This document shows positions 50,601 through 64,000 of a stretch of DNA of 64,000 nt, one piece after another. Under the pieces are notes generated by a model. That model was given only the letters and a program-made list of their open reading frames with translations. It made no database searches and was not told the origin of the DNA. The DNA comes from Auanema rhodensis (lineage: Eukaryota; Animalia; Nematoda). Position 1 is the first letter of the stretch. The number at the start of each line of letters is the position of its first letter. Where the stretch lies: NCBI GenBank assembly GCA_964057225.1, contig OZ059894.1, positions 3,100,001 through 3,164,000 of the forward strand. The letters run 5' to 3'. Both the position numbers and the translations under genes were made by a program.

Positions 50601-53600
50601 CCCTGAAGAATTAATTTTTTCGTTGAATAACATTGTCCATCGTCTTTGCCTTGAAAAAAGGAATCTAAAAACATCTACTTTTCGCTAAATTATTTTGAAA
50701 TTTTTCGAAAAAATTTTTGTCAAAATGTTTTTGGAAGCAATGTTGAGTGTACATGGAAACTCAACATACACTAATGCATCATTTTTCAAACAATCATAAC
50801 TAATTTTTGTATTAAGCGTTTTTCAATGTAGTATAGTGCATTCGATGCGGATTTTCAAGCTGCGTCGATCTGTGTTATCAGATTTGCGCTAGCTTAAAAA
50901 TGCACCGAGATATCAACTGATATAAGTTCACACTTATATCCTCGATTTTCACCCTGAAGAATTAATTTTTTCGATGAATAACATTGTCCATCGTCTTTGC
51001 CTTGAAAAAAGGAGTCTAAAAACATCTACTTTTCGCTAAATTATTTTGAAATTTTTCGAAAAAATTTTTGTCAAAATGTTTTTGGAAGCAATGTTGAGTG
51101 TACATGGAAACTCAACATACACTAATGCATCATTTTTCAAACAATCATAACTAATTTTTGTATTAAGCGTTTTTCAATGTAGTATAGTGCATTCGATGCG
51201 GATTTTTAAGCTGCGTCGATCTGTGTTATCCGATTTGCGCTAGCTGAAAAATGCACCGAGATATCAACTGATATAAGTTCACACTTATATCCTCGATTTT
51301 CACCCTGAAGAATTAATTTTTTCGTTGAATAACATTGTCCATCGTCTTTGCCTTGAAAAAAAGAATCTAAAAACATCTACTTTTTGCTAAATTATTTTGA
51401 AATTTTTCGAAAAAATTTTTGTCAAAATGTTTTTGGAAGCAATGTTGAGTGTACATGGAAACTCAACATACACTAATGCATCATTTTTCAAACGATCATA
51501 ACTAATTTTTGTATTGAGCGTTTTTCATTGTAGTATAGTGCATTCGATGCGGATTTTTAAGCTGCGTCGAGCTGTGTTATCAGATTTGCGCTAGCTTAAA
51601 AATGCACCGAGATATCAACTGATATAAGTTCACACATATATCCTCGATTTTCACCCTGAAGAATTAATTTTTTCGTTGAATAACATTGTCCATCGTCTTT
51701 GCCTTGAAAAAAAAATCTAAAAACATCTACTTTTTGCTAAATTATTTTGAAATTTTTCGAAAAAATTTTTGTCAAAATGTTTTTGGAAGCAATGTTGAGT
51801 GTACATGGAAACTCAACATACACTAATGCATCATTTTTCAAACGATCATAACTAATTTTTGTATTGAGCGTTTTTCATTGTAGTATAGTGCATTCGATGC
51901 GGATTTTTAAGCTGCGTCGAGCTGTGTTATCAGATTTGCGCTAGCTTAAAAATGCACCGAGATATCAACTGATATAAGTTCACACATATATCCTCGATTT
52001 TCACCCTGAAGAATTAATTTTTTCGTTGAATAACATTGTCCATCGTCTTTGCCTTGAAAAAAAAAATCTAAAAACATCTACTTTTTGCTAAATTATTTTG
52101 AAATTTTTCGAAAAAATTTTTGTCAAAATGTTTTTGGAAGCAATGTTGAGTGTACATGGAAACTCAACATACACTAATGCATCATTTTTCAAACGATCAT
52201 AACTAATTTTTGTATTGAGCGTTTTTCATTGTAGTATAGTGCATTCGATGCGGATTTTTAAGCTGCGTCGAGCTGTGTTATCAGATTTGCGCTAGCTTAA
52301 AAATGCACCGAGATATCAACTGATATAAGTTCACACATATATCCTCGATTTTCACCCTGAAGAATTAATTTTTTCGTTGAATAACATTGTCCATCGTCTT
52401 TGCCTTGAAAAAAGGAATCTAAAAACATCTACTTTTCGCTAAATTATTTTGAAATTTTTCGAAAAAATTTTTGTCAAAATGTTTTTGGAAGCAATGTTGA
52501 GTGTACATGGAAACTCAACATACACTAATGCATCATTTTTCAAACGATCATAACTAATTTTTGTATTAAGCGTTTTTCAATGTAGTATAGTGCATTCGAT
52601 GCGGATTTTTAAGCTGCGTCGATCTGTGTTATCAGATTTGCGCTAGCTTAAAAATGCACCGAGATATCAACTGATATAAGTTCACACTTATATCCTCGAT
52701 TTTCACCCTGAAGAATTAATTTTTTCGATGAATAACATTGTCCATCGTCTTTGCCTTGAAAAAAGGAATCTAAAAACATCTACTTTTCGCTAAATTATTT
52801 TGAAATTTTTCGAAAAAATTTTTGTCAAAATGTTTTTGGAAGCAATGTTGAGTGTACATGGAAACTCAACATACACTAATGCATCATTTTTCAAACAATC
52901 ATAACTAATTTTTGTATTAAGCGTTTTTCAATGTAGTATAGTGCATTCGATGCGGATTTTTAAGCTGCGTCGATCTGTGTTATCCGATTTGCGCTAGCTG
53001 AAAAATGCACCGAGATATCAACTGATATAAGTTCACACTTATATCCTCGATTTTCACCCTGAAGAATTAATTTTTTCGTTGAATAACATTGTCCATCGTC
53101 TTTGCCTTGAAAAAAGGAATCTAAAAACATCTACTTTTCGCTAAATTATTTTGAAATTTTTCGAAAAAATTTTTGTCAAAATGTTTTTGGAAGCAATGTT
53201 GAGTGTACATGGAAACTCAACATACACTAATGCATCATTTTTCAAACGATTATAACTAATTTTTGTATTAAGCGTTTTTCAATGTAGTATAGTGCATTCG
53301 ATGCGGATTTTCAAGCTGCGTCGATCTGTGTTATCAGATTTGCGCTAGCTTAAAAATGCACCGAGATATCAACTGATATAAGTTCACACTTATATCCTCG
53401 ATTTTCACCCTGAAGAATTAATTTTTTCGTTGAATAACATTGTCCATCGTCTTTGCCTTGAAAAAAGGAATCTAAAAACATCTACTTTTCGCTAAATTAT
53501 TTTGAAATTTTTCGAAAAAATTTTTGTCAAAATGTTTTTGGAAGCAATGTTAAGTGTACATGGAAACTCAACATACACTAATGCATCATTTTTCAAACAA

Positions 53601-56600
53601 TCATAACTAATTTTTGTATTAAGCGTTTTTCAATGTAGTATAGTGCATTCGATGCGGATTTTCAAGCTGCGTCGATCTGTGTTATCAGATTTGCGCTAGC
53701 TTAAAAATGCACCGAGATATCAACTGATATAAGTTCACACTTATATCCTCGATTTTCACCCTGAAGAATTAATTTTTTCGATGAATAACATTGTCCATCG
53801 TCTTTGCCTTGAAAAAAGGAGTCTAAAAACTTCTACTTTTCGCTAAATTATTTTGAAATTTTTCGAAAAAATTTTTGTCAAAATGTTTTTGGAAGCAATG
53901 TTGAGTGTACATGGAAACTCAACATACACTAATGCATCATTTTTCAAACAATCATAACTAATTTTTGTATTAAGCGTTTTTCAATGTAGTATAGTGCATT
54001 CGATGCGGATTTTTAAGCTGCGTCGATCTGTGTTATCCGATTTGCGCTAGCTGAAAAATGCACCGAGATATCAACTGATATAAGTTCACACTTATATCCT
54101 CGATTTTCACCCTGAAGAATTAATTTTTTCGTTGAATAACATTGTCCATCGTCTTTGCCTTGAAAAAAAGAATCTAAAAACATCTACTTTTTGCTAAATT
54201 ATTTTGAAATTTTTCGAAAAAATTTTTGTCAAAATGTTTTTGGAAGCAATGTTGAGTGTACATGGAAACTCAACATACACTAATGCATCATTTTTCAAAC
54301 GATCATAACTAATTTTTGTATTGAGCGTTTTTCATTGTAGTATAGTGCATTCGATGCGGATTTTTAAGCTGCGTCGAGCTGTGTTATCAGATTTGCGCTA
54401 GCTTAAAAATGCACCGAGATATCAACTGATATAAGTTCACACATATATCCTCGATTTTCACCCTGAAGAATTAATTTTTTCGTTGAATAACATTGTCCAT
54501 CGTCTTTGCCTTGAAAAAAAAAATCTAAAAACATCTACTTTTTGCTAAATTATTTTGAAATTTTTCGAAAAAATTTTTGTCAAAATGTTTTTGGAAGCAA
54601 TGTTGAGTGTACATGGAAACTCAACATACACTAATGCATCATTTTTCAAACGATCATAACTAATTTTTGTATTGAGCGTTTTTCATTGTAGTATAGTGCA
54701 TTCGATGCGGATTTTTAAGCTGCGTCGAGCTGTGTTATCAGATTTGCGCTAGCTTAAAAATGCACCGAGATATCAACTGATATAAGTTCACACATATATC
54801 CTCGATTTTCACCCTGAAGAATTAATTTTTTCGTTGAATAACATTGTCCATCGTCTTTGCCTTGAAAAAAGGAATCTAAAAACATCTACTTTTCGCTAAA
54901 TTATTTTGAAATTTTTCGAAAAAATTTTTGTCAAAATGTTTTTGGAAGCAATGTTGAGTGTACATGGAAACTCAACATACACTAATGCATCATTTTTCAA
55001 ACGATCATAACTAATTTTTGTATTAAGCGTTTTTCAATGTAGTATAGTGCATTCGATGCGGATTTTTAAGCTGCGTCGATCTGTGTTATCAGATTTGCGC
55101 TAGCTTAAAAATGCACCGAGATATCAACTGATATAAGTTCACACTTATATCCTCGATTTTCACCCTGAAGAATTAATTTTTTCGATGAATAACATTGTCC
55201 ATCGTCTTTGCCTTGAAAAAAGGAATCTAAAAACATCTACTTTTCGCTAAATTATTTTGAAATTTTTCGAAAAAATTTTTGTCAAAATGTTTTTGGAAGC
55301 AATGTTGAGTGTACATGGAAACTCAACATACACTAATGCATCATTTTTCAAACAATCATAACTAATTTTTGTATTAAGCGTTTTTCAATGTAGTATAGTG
55401 CATTCGATGCGGATTTTCAAGCTGCGTCGATCTGTGTTATCAGATTTGCGCTAGCTTAAAAATGCACCGAGATATCAACTGATATAAGTTCACACTTATA
55501 TCCTCGATTTTCACCCTGAAGAATTAATTTTTTCGATGAATAACATTGTCCATCGTCTTTGCCTTGAAAAAAGGAGTCTAAAAACATCTACTTTTCGCTA
55601 AATTATTCTGAAGTTTTTCGAAAAAATCTTTGTCAAAATGTTTTTGGAAGCAATGTTGAGTGTACATGGAAACTCAACATACACTAATGCATCATTTTTC
55701 AAACAATCATAACTAATTTTTGTATTAAGCGTTTTTCAATGTAGTATAGTGCATTCGATGCGGATTTTTAAGCTGCGTCGATCTGTGTTATCCGATTTGC
55801 GCTAGCTGAAAAATGCACCGAGATATCAACTGATATAAGTTCACACTTATATCCTCGATTTTCACCCTGAAGAATTAATTTTTTCGTTGAATAACATTGT
55901 CCATCGTCTTTGCCTTGAAAAAAAGAATCTAAAAACATCTACTTTTTGCTAAATTATTTTGAAATTTTTCGAAAAAATTTTTGTCAAAATGTTTTTGGAA
56001 GCAATGTTGAGTGTACATGGAAACTCAACATACACTAATGCATCATTTTTCAAACGATCATAACTAATTTTTGTATTGAGCGTTTTTCATTGTAGTATAG
56101 TGCATTCGATGCGGATTTTTAAGCTGCGTCGAGCTGTGTTATCAGATTTGCGCTAGCTTAAAAATGCACCGAGATATCAACTGATATAAGTTCACACATA
56201 TATCCTCGATTTTCACCCTGAAGAATTAATTTTTTCGTTGAATAACATTGTCCATCGTCTTTGCCTTGAAAAAAGGAGTCTAAAAACATCTACTTTTCGC
56301 TAAATTATTCTGAAGTTTTTCGAAAAAATTTTTGTCAAAATGTTTTTGGAAGCAATGTTGAGTGTACATGGAAACTCAACATACACTAATGCATCATTTT
56401 TCAAACAATCATAACTAATTTTTGTATTAAGCGTTTTTCAATGTAGTATAGTGCATTCGATGCGGATTTTTAAGCTGCGTCGATCTGTGTTATCCGATTT
56501 GCGCTAGCTGAAAAATGCACCGAGATATCAACTGATATAAGTTCACACTTATATCCTCGATTTTCACCCTGAAGAATTAATTTTTTCGTTGAATAACATT

Positions 56601-59600
56601 GTCCATCGTCTTTGCCTTGAAAAAAAGAATCTAAAAACATCTACTTTTTGCTAAATTATTTTGAAATTTTTCGAAAAAATTTTTGTCAAAATGTTTTTGG
56701 AAGCAATGTTGAGTGTACATGGAAACTCAACATACACTAATGCATCATTTTTCAAACGATCATAACTAATTTTTGTATTAAGCGTTTTTCAATGTAGTAT
56801 AGTGCATTCGATGCGGATTTTCAAGCTGCGTCGAGCTGTGTTATCAGATTTGCGCTAGCTTAAAAATGCACCGAGATATCAACTGATATAAGTTCACACT
56901 TATATCCTCGATTTTCACCCTGAAGAATTAATTTTTTCGTTGAATAACATTGTCCATCGTCTTTGCCTTGAAAAAAAGAATCTAAAAACATCTACTTTTT
57001 GCTAAATTATTTTGAAATTTTTCGAAAAAATTTTTGTCAAAATGTTTTTGGAAGCAATGTTGAGTGTACATGGAAACTCAACATACACTAATGCATCATT
57101 TTTCAAACGATCATAACTAATTTTTGTATTGAGCGTTTTTCATTGTAGTATAGTGCATTCGATGCGGATTTTTAAGCTGCGTCGAGCTGTGTTATCAGAT
57201 TTGCGCTAGCTTAAAAATGCACCGAGATATCAACTGATATAAGTTCACACATATATCCTCGATTTTCACCCTGAAGAATTAATTTTTTCGTTGAATAACA
57301 TTGTCCATCGTCTTTGCCTTGAAAAAAAGAATCTAAAAACATCTACTTTTTGCTAAATTATTTTGAAATTTTTCGAAAAAATTTTTGTCAAAATGTTTTT
57401 GGAAGCAATGTTGAGTGTACATGGAAACTCAACATACACTAATGCATCATTTTTCAAACGATCATAACTAATTTTTGTATTGAGCGTTTTTCATTGTAGT
57501 ATAGTGCATTCGATGCGGATTTTTAAGCTGCGTCGAGCTGTGTTATCAGATTTGCGCTAGCTTAAAAATGCACCGAGATATCAACTGATATAAGTTCACA
57601 CATATATCCTCGATTTTCACCCTGAAGAATTAATTTTTTCGTTGAATAACATTGTCCATCGTCTTTGCCTTGAAAAAAGGAGTCTAAAAACATCTACTTT
57701 TCGCTAAATTATTCTGAAGTTTTTCGAAAAAATTTTTGTCAAAATGTTTTTGGAAGCAATGTTGAGTGTACATGGAAACTCAACATACACTAATGCATCA
57801 TTTTTCAAACAATCATAACTAATTTTTGTATTAAGCGTTTTTCAATGTAGTATAGTGCATTCGATGCGGATTTTTAAGCTGCGTCGATCTGTGTTATCCG
57901 ATTTGCGCTAGCTGAAAAATGCACCGAGATATCAACTGATATAAGTTCACACTTATATCCTCGATTTTCACCCTGAAGAATTAATTTTTTCGTTGAATAA
58001 CATTGTCCATCGTCTTTGCCTTGAAAAAAAGAATCTAAAAACATCTACTTTTTGCTAAATTATTTTGAAATTTTTCGAAAAAATTTTTGTCAAAATGTTT
58101 TTGGAAGCAATGTTGAGTGTACATGGAAACTCAACATACACTAATGCATCATTTTTCAAACGATCATAACTAATTTTTGTATTGAGCGTTTTTCATTGTA
58201 GTATAGTGCATTCGATGCGGATTTTTAAGCTGCGTCGAGCTGTGTTATCAGATTTGCGCTAGCTTAAAAATGCACCGAGATATCAACTGATATAAGTTCA
58301 CACATATATCCTCGATTTTCACCCTGAAGAATTAATTTTTTCGTTGAATAACATTGTCCATCGTCTTTGCCTTGAAAAAAAGAATCTAAAAACATCTACT
58401 TTTTGCTAAATTATTTTGAAATTTTTCGAAAAAATTTTTGTCAAAATGTTTTTGGAAGCAATGTTGAGTGTACATGGAAACTCAACATACACTAATGCAT
58501 CATTTTTCAAACGATCATAACTAATTTTTGTATTGAGCGTTTTTCATTGTAGTATAGTGCATTCGATGCGGATTTTTAAGCTGCGTCGAGCTGTGTTATC
58601 AGATTTGCGCTAGCTTAAAAATGCACCGAGATATCAACTGATATAAGTTCACACATATATCCTCGATTTTCACCCTGAAGAATTAATTTTTTCGTTGAAT
58701 AACATTGTCCATCGTCTTTGCCTTGAAAAAAGGAATCTAAAAACATCTACTTTTCGCTAAATTATTTTGAAATTTTTCGAAAAAATTTTTGTCAAAATGT
58801 TTTTGGAAGCAATGTTGAGTGTACATGGAAACTCAACATACACTAATGCATCATTTTTCAAACGATCATAACTAATTTTTGTATTAAGCGTTTTTCAATG
58901 TAGTATAGTGCCTTCGATGCGGATTTTTAAGCTGCGTCGATCTGTGTTATCAGATTTGCGCTAGCTTAAAAATGCACCGAGATATCAACTGATATAAGTT
59001 CACACTTATATCCTCGATTTTCACCCTGAAGAATTAATTTTTTCGTTGAATAACATTGTCCATCGTCTTTGCCTTGAAAAAAGGAATCTAAAAACATCTA
59101 CTTTTCGCTAAATTATTTTGAAATTTTTCGAAAAAATTTTTGTCAAAATGTTTTTGGAAGCAATGTTGAGTGTACATGGAAACTCAACATACACTAATGC
59201 ATCATTTTTCAAACGATCATAACTAATTTTTGTATTAAGCGTTTTTCAATGTAGTATAGTGCATTCGATGCGGATTTTCAAGCTGCGTCGATCTGTGTTA
59301 TCAGATTTGAGCTAGCTTAAAAATGCACCGATATATCAACTGATAAAAGTTCACACTTATATCCTCGATTTTCACCCTGAAGAATTAATTTTTTCGATGA
59401 ATAACATTGTCCATCGTCTTTGCCTTGAAAAAAGGAATCTAAAAACATCTACTTTTCGCTAAATTATTTGAAATTTTTCGAAAAAATTTTTGTCAAAATG
59501 TTTTTGGAAGCAATGTTGAGTGTACATGGAAACTCAACATACACTAATGCATCATTTTTCAAACGATCATAACTAATTTTTGTATTAAGCGTTTTTCAAT

Positions 59601-62600
59601 GTAGTATAGTGCATTCGATGCGGATTTTTAAGCTGCCTCGATCTGTGTTATCCGATTTGCGCTAGCTGAAAAATGCACCGAGATATCAACTGATATAAGT
59701 TCACACTTATATCCTCGATTTTCACCCTGAAGAATTAATTTTTTCGTTGAATAACATTGTCCATCGTCTTTGCATTGAAAAAAGGAATCTAAAAACATCT
59801 ACTTTTTGCTAAATTATTTTGAAATTTTTCGAAAAAATTTTTGTCAAAATGTTTTTGGAAGCAATGTTGAGTGTACATGGAAACTCAACATACACTAATG
59901 CATCATTTTTCAAACGATCATAACTAATTTTTGTATTAAGCGTTTTTCAATGTAGTATAGTGCATTCGATGCGGATTTTCAAGCTGCGTCGATCTGTGTT
60001 ATCAGATTTGCGCTAGCTTAAAAATGCACCGAGATATCAACTGATATAAGTTCACACTTATATCCTCGATTTTCACCCTGAAGAATTAATTTTTTCGTTG
60101 AATAACATTGTCCATCGCCTTTGCCTTGAAAAAAGGAATCTAAAAACATCTACTTTTCGCTAAATTATTTTGAAATTTTTCGAAAAAATTTTTGTCAAAA
60201 TGTTTTTGGAAGCAATGTTGAGTGTACATGGAAACTCAACATACACTAATGCATCATTTTTCAAACGATCATAACTAATTTTTGTATTAAGCGTTTTTTA
60301 ATGTAGTATAGTGCATTCGATGCGGATTTTTAAGCTGCGTCGATCTGTGTTATCAGATTTGCGCTAGCTTAAAAATGCACCGAGATATCAACTGATATAA
60401 GTTCACACTTATATCCTCGATTTTCACCCTGAAGAATTAATTTTTTCGTTGAATAACATTGTCCATCGTCTTTGCCTTGAAAAAAAGAATCTAAAAACAT
60501 CTACTTTTCGCTAAATTATTTTGAAATTTTTCGAAAAAATTTTTGTCAAAATGTTTTTGGAAGCAATGTTGAGTGTACATGGAAACTCAACATACACTAA
60601 TGCATCATTTTTCAAACGATCATAACTAATTTTTGTATTAAGCGTTTTTCAATGTAGTATAGTGCATTCGATGCGGATTTTCAAGCTGCGTCGATCTGTG
60701 TTATCAGATTTGCGCTAGCTTAAAAATGCACCGATATATCAACTGATAAAAGTTCACACTTATATCCTCGATTTTCACCCTGAAGAATTAATTTTTTCGA
60801 TGAATAACATTGTCCATCGTCTTTGCCTTGAAAAAAGGAATCTAAAAACATCTACTTTTCGCTAAATTATTTTGAAATTTTTCGAAAAAATTTTTGTCAA
60901 AATGTTTTTGGAAGCAATGTTGAGTGTACATGGAAACTCAACATACACTAATGCATCATTTTTCAAACGATCATAACTAATTTTTGTATTAAGCGTTTTT
61001 CAATGTAGTATAGTGCATTCGATGCGGATTTTCAAGCTGCGTCGATCTGTGTTATCAGATTTGCGCTAGCTTAAAAATGCACCGATATATCAACTGATAA
61101 AAGTTCACACTTATATCCTCGATTTTCACCCTGAAGAATTAATTTTTTCGATGAATAACATTGTCCATCGTCTTTGCCTTGAAAAAAGGAGTCTAAAAAC
61201 ATCTACTTTTCGCTAAATTATTCTGAAGTTTTTCGAAAAAATTTTTGTCAAAATGTTTTTGGAAGCAATGTTGAGTGTACATGGAAACTCAACATACACT
61301 AATGCATCATTTTTCAAACAATCATAACTAATTTTTGTATTAAGCGTTTTTCAATGTAGTATAGTGCATTCGATGCGGATTTTCAAGCTGCGTCGATCTG
61401 TGTTATCAGATTTGCGCTAGCTTAAAAATGCACCGATATATCAACTGATAAAAGTTCACACTTATATCCTCGATTTTCACCCTGAAGAATTAATTTTTTC
61501 GATGAATAACATTGTCCATCGTCTTTGCCTTGAAAAAAGGAATCTAAAAACATCTACTTTTCGCTAAATTATTTTGAAATTTTTCGAAAAAATTTTTGTC
61601 AAAATGTTTTTGGAAGCAATGTTGAGTGTACATGGAAACTCAACATACACTAATGCATCATTTTTCAAACGATCATAACTAATTTTTGTATTAAGCGTTT
61701 TTCAATGTAGTATAGTGCATTCGATGCGGATTTTCAAGCTGCGTCGATCTGTGTTATCAGATTTGCGCTAGCTTAAAAATGCACCGATATATCAACTGAT
61801 AAAAGTTCACACTTATATCCTCGATTTTCACCCTGAAGAATTAATTTTTTCGATGAATAACATTGTCCATCGTCTTTGCCTTGAAAAAAGGAGTCTAAAA
61901 ACATCTACTTTTCGCTAAATTATTCTGAAGTTTTTCGAAAAAATTTTTGTCAAAATGTTTTTGGAAGCAATGTTGAGTGTACATGGAAACTCAACATACA
62001 CTAATGCATCATTTTTCAAACAATCATAACTAATTTTTGTATTAAGCGTTTTTCAATGTAGTATAGTGCATTCGATGCGGATTTTTAAGCTGCGTCGATC
62101 TGTGTTATCCGATTTGCGCTAGCTGAAAAATGCACCGAGATATCAACTGATATAAGTTCACACTTATATCCTCGATTTTCACCCTGAAGAATTAATTTTT
62201 TCGTTGAATAACATTGTCCATCGTCTTTGCCTTGAAAAAAAGAATCTAAAAACATCTACTTTTTGCTAAATTATTTTGAAATTTTTCGAAAAAATTTTTG
62301 TCAAAATGTTTTTGGAAGCAATGTTGAGTGTACATGGAAACTCAACATACACTAATGCATCATTTTTCAAACGATCATAACTAATTTTTGTATTGAGCGT
62401 TTTTCATTGTAGTATAGTGCATTCGATGCGGATTTTTAAGCTGCGTCGAGCTGTGTTATCAGATTTGCGCTAGCTTAAAAATGCACCGAGATATCAACTG
62501 ATATAAGTTCACACATATATCCTCGATTTTCACCCTGAAGAATTAATTTTTTCGTTGAATAACATTGTCCATCGTCTTTGCCTTGAAAAAAGGAGTCTAA

Positions 62601-64000
62601 AAACATCTACTTTTCGCTAAATTATTCTGAAGTTTTTCGAAAAAATTTTTGTCAAAATGTTTTTGGAAGCAATGTTGAGTGTACATGGAAACTCAACATA
62701 CACTAATGCATCATTTTTCAAACAATCATAACTAATTTTTGTATTAAGCGTTTTTCAATGTAGTATAGTGCATTCGATGCGGATTTTTAAGCTGCGTCGA
62801 TCTGTGTTATCCGATTTGCGCTAGCTGAAAAATGCACCGAGATATCAACTGATATAAGTTCACACTTATATCCTCGATTTTCACCCTGAAGAATTAATTT
62901 TTTCGTTGAATAACATTGTCCATCGTCTTTGCCTTGAAAAAAAAAATCTAAAAACATCTACTTTTTGCTAAATTATTTTGAAATTTTTCGAAAAAATTTT
63001 TGTCAAAATGTTTTTGGAAGCAATGTTGAGTGTACATGGAAACTCAACATACACTAATGCATCATTTTTCAAACGATCATAACTAATTTTTGTATTGAGC
63101 GTTTTTCATTGTAGTATAGTGCATTCGATGCGGATTTTTAAGCTGCGTCGAGCTGTGTTATCAGATTTGCGCTAGCTTAAAAATGCACCGAGATATCAAC
63201 TGATATAAGTTCACACATATATCCTCGATTTTCACCCTGAAGAATTAATTTTTTCGTTGAATAACATTGTCCATCGTCTTTGCCTTGAAAAAAAGAATCT
63301 AAAAACATCTACTTTTTGCTAAATTATTTTGAAATTTTTCGAAAAAATTTTTGTCAAAATGTTTTTGGAAGCAATGTTGAGTGTACATGGAAACTCAACA
63401 TACACTAATGCATCATTTTTCAAACGATCATAACTAATTTTTGTATTGAGCGTTTTTCATTGTAGTATAGTGCATTCGATGCGGATTTTTAAGCTGCGTC
63501 GAGCTGTGTTATCAGATTTGCGCTAGCTTAAAAATGCACCGAGATATCAACTGATATAAGTTCACACATATATCCTCGATTTTCACCCTGAAGAATTAAT
63601 TTTTTCGTTGAATAACATTGTCCATCGTCTTTGCCTTGAAAAAAGGAATCTAAAAACATCTACTTTTCGCTAAATTATTTTGAAATTTTTCGAAAAAATT
63701 TTTGTCAAAATGTTTTTGGAAGCAATGTTGAGTGTACATGGAAACTCAACATACACTAATGCATCATTTTTCAAACGATCATAACTAATTTTTGTATTAA
63801 GCGTTTTTCAATGTAGTATAGTGCGATCGATGCGGATTTTTAAGCTGCGTCGATCTGTGTTATCAGATTTGCGCTAGCTTAAAAATGCACCGAGATATCA
63901 ACTGATATAAGTTCACACTTATATCCTCGATTTTCACCCTGAAGAATTAATTTTTTCGTTGAATAACATTGTCCATCGTCTTTGCCTTGAAAAAAGGAAT
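41681..64000. repeat. Tandem satellite array, 351-bp monomer, right arm (~63.5 copies)
   Basis: Same monomer and orientation. It resumes in exact register (TTTGTATTAAGCG) after the inserted element and runs off the window end. Confidence 0.99.

Noticed and set aside
1-64000. CRISPR array, or a prokaryotic RT plus repeat system (retron, DGR, RT-Cas)
   Set aside because: The repeats are contiguous 351-bp units with no unique spacers, and there are no cas genes. The RT is linked to RNase H, MT and recombinase domains with ITR/ICR ends, which is diagnostic of DIRS.

Overview
The window is almost entirely one head-to-tail tandem satellite array. The monomer is 351 bp and AT-rich, with about 106 copies at 1-37238 and about 63.5 copies at 41681-64000. 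Copies differ only at a few recurrent SNP positions and a few 1-bp indels, and these variants reveal irregular multi-monomer duplications. One apparently intact and very young ~4.44-kb DIRS1-type tyrosine-recombinase retrotransposon (37239-41680) interrupts the array. It has perfect 160-bp inverted terminal repeats, a 38-bp right extension and an internal complementary region (ICR) that reconstructs the circle junction, and it integrated at a shared ATT trinucleotide. Its coding layout is unusual. Gag-like, RT, RNase H and adenine-methyltransferase-like domains lie in one uninterrupted ORF. The tyrosine recombinase lies in the -1 frame with no ATG before its N-terminal domain. Overlapping canonical slippery heptamers plus a GC-rich hairpin sit where the recombinase-like sequence begins, which suggests programmed -1 ribosomal frameshifting (inference). 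The context looks like eukaryotic (peri)centromeric or heterochromatic DNA. The organism cannot be identified from the sequence alone. All comparisons were done by eye.
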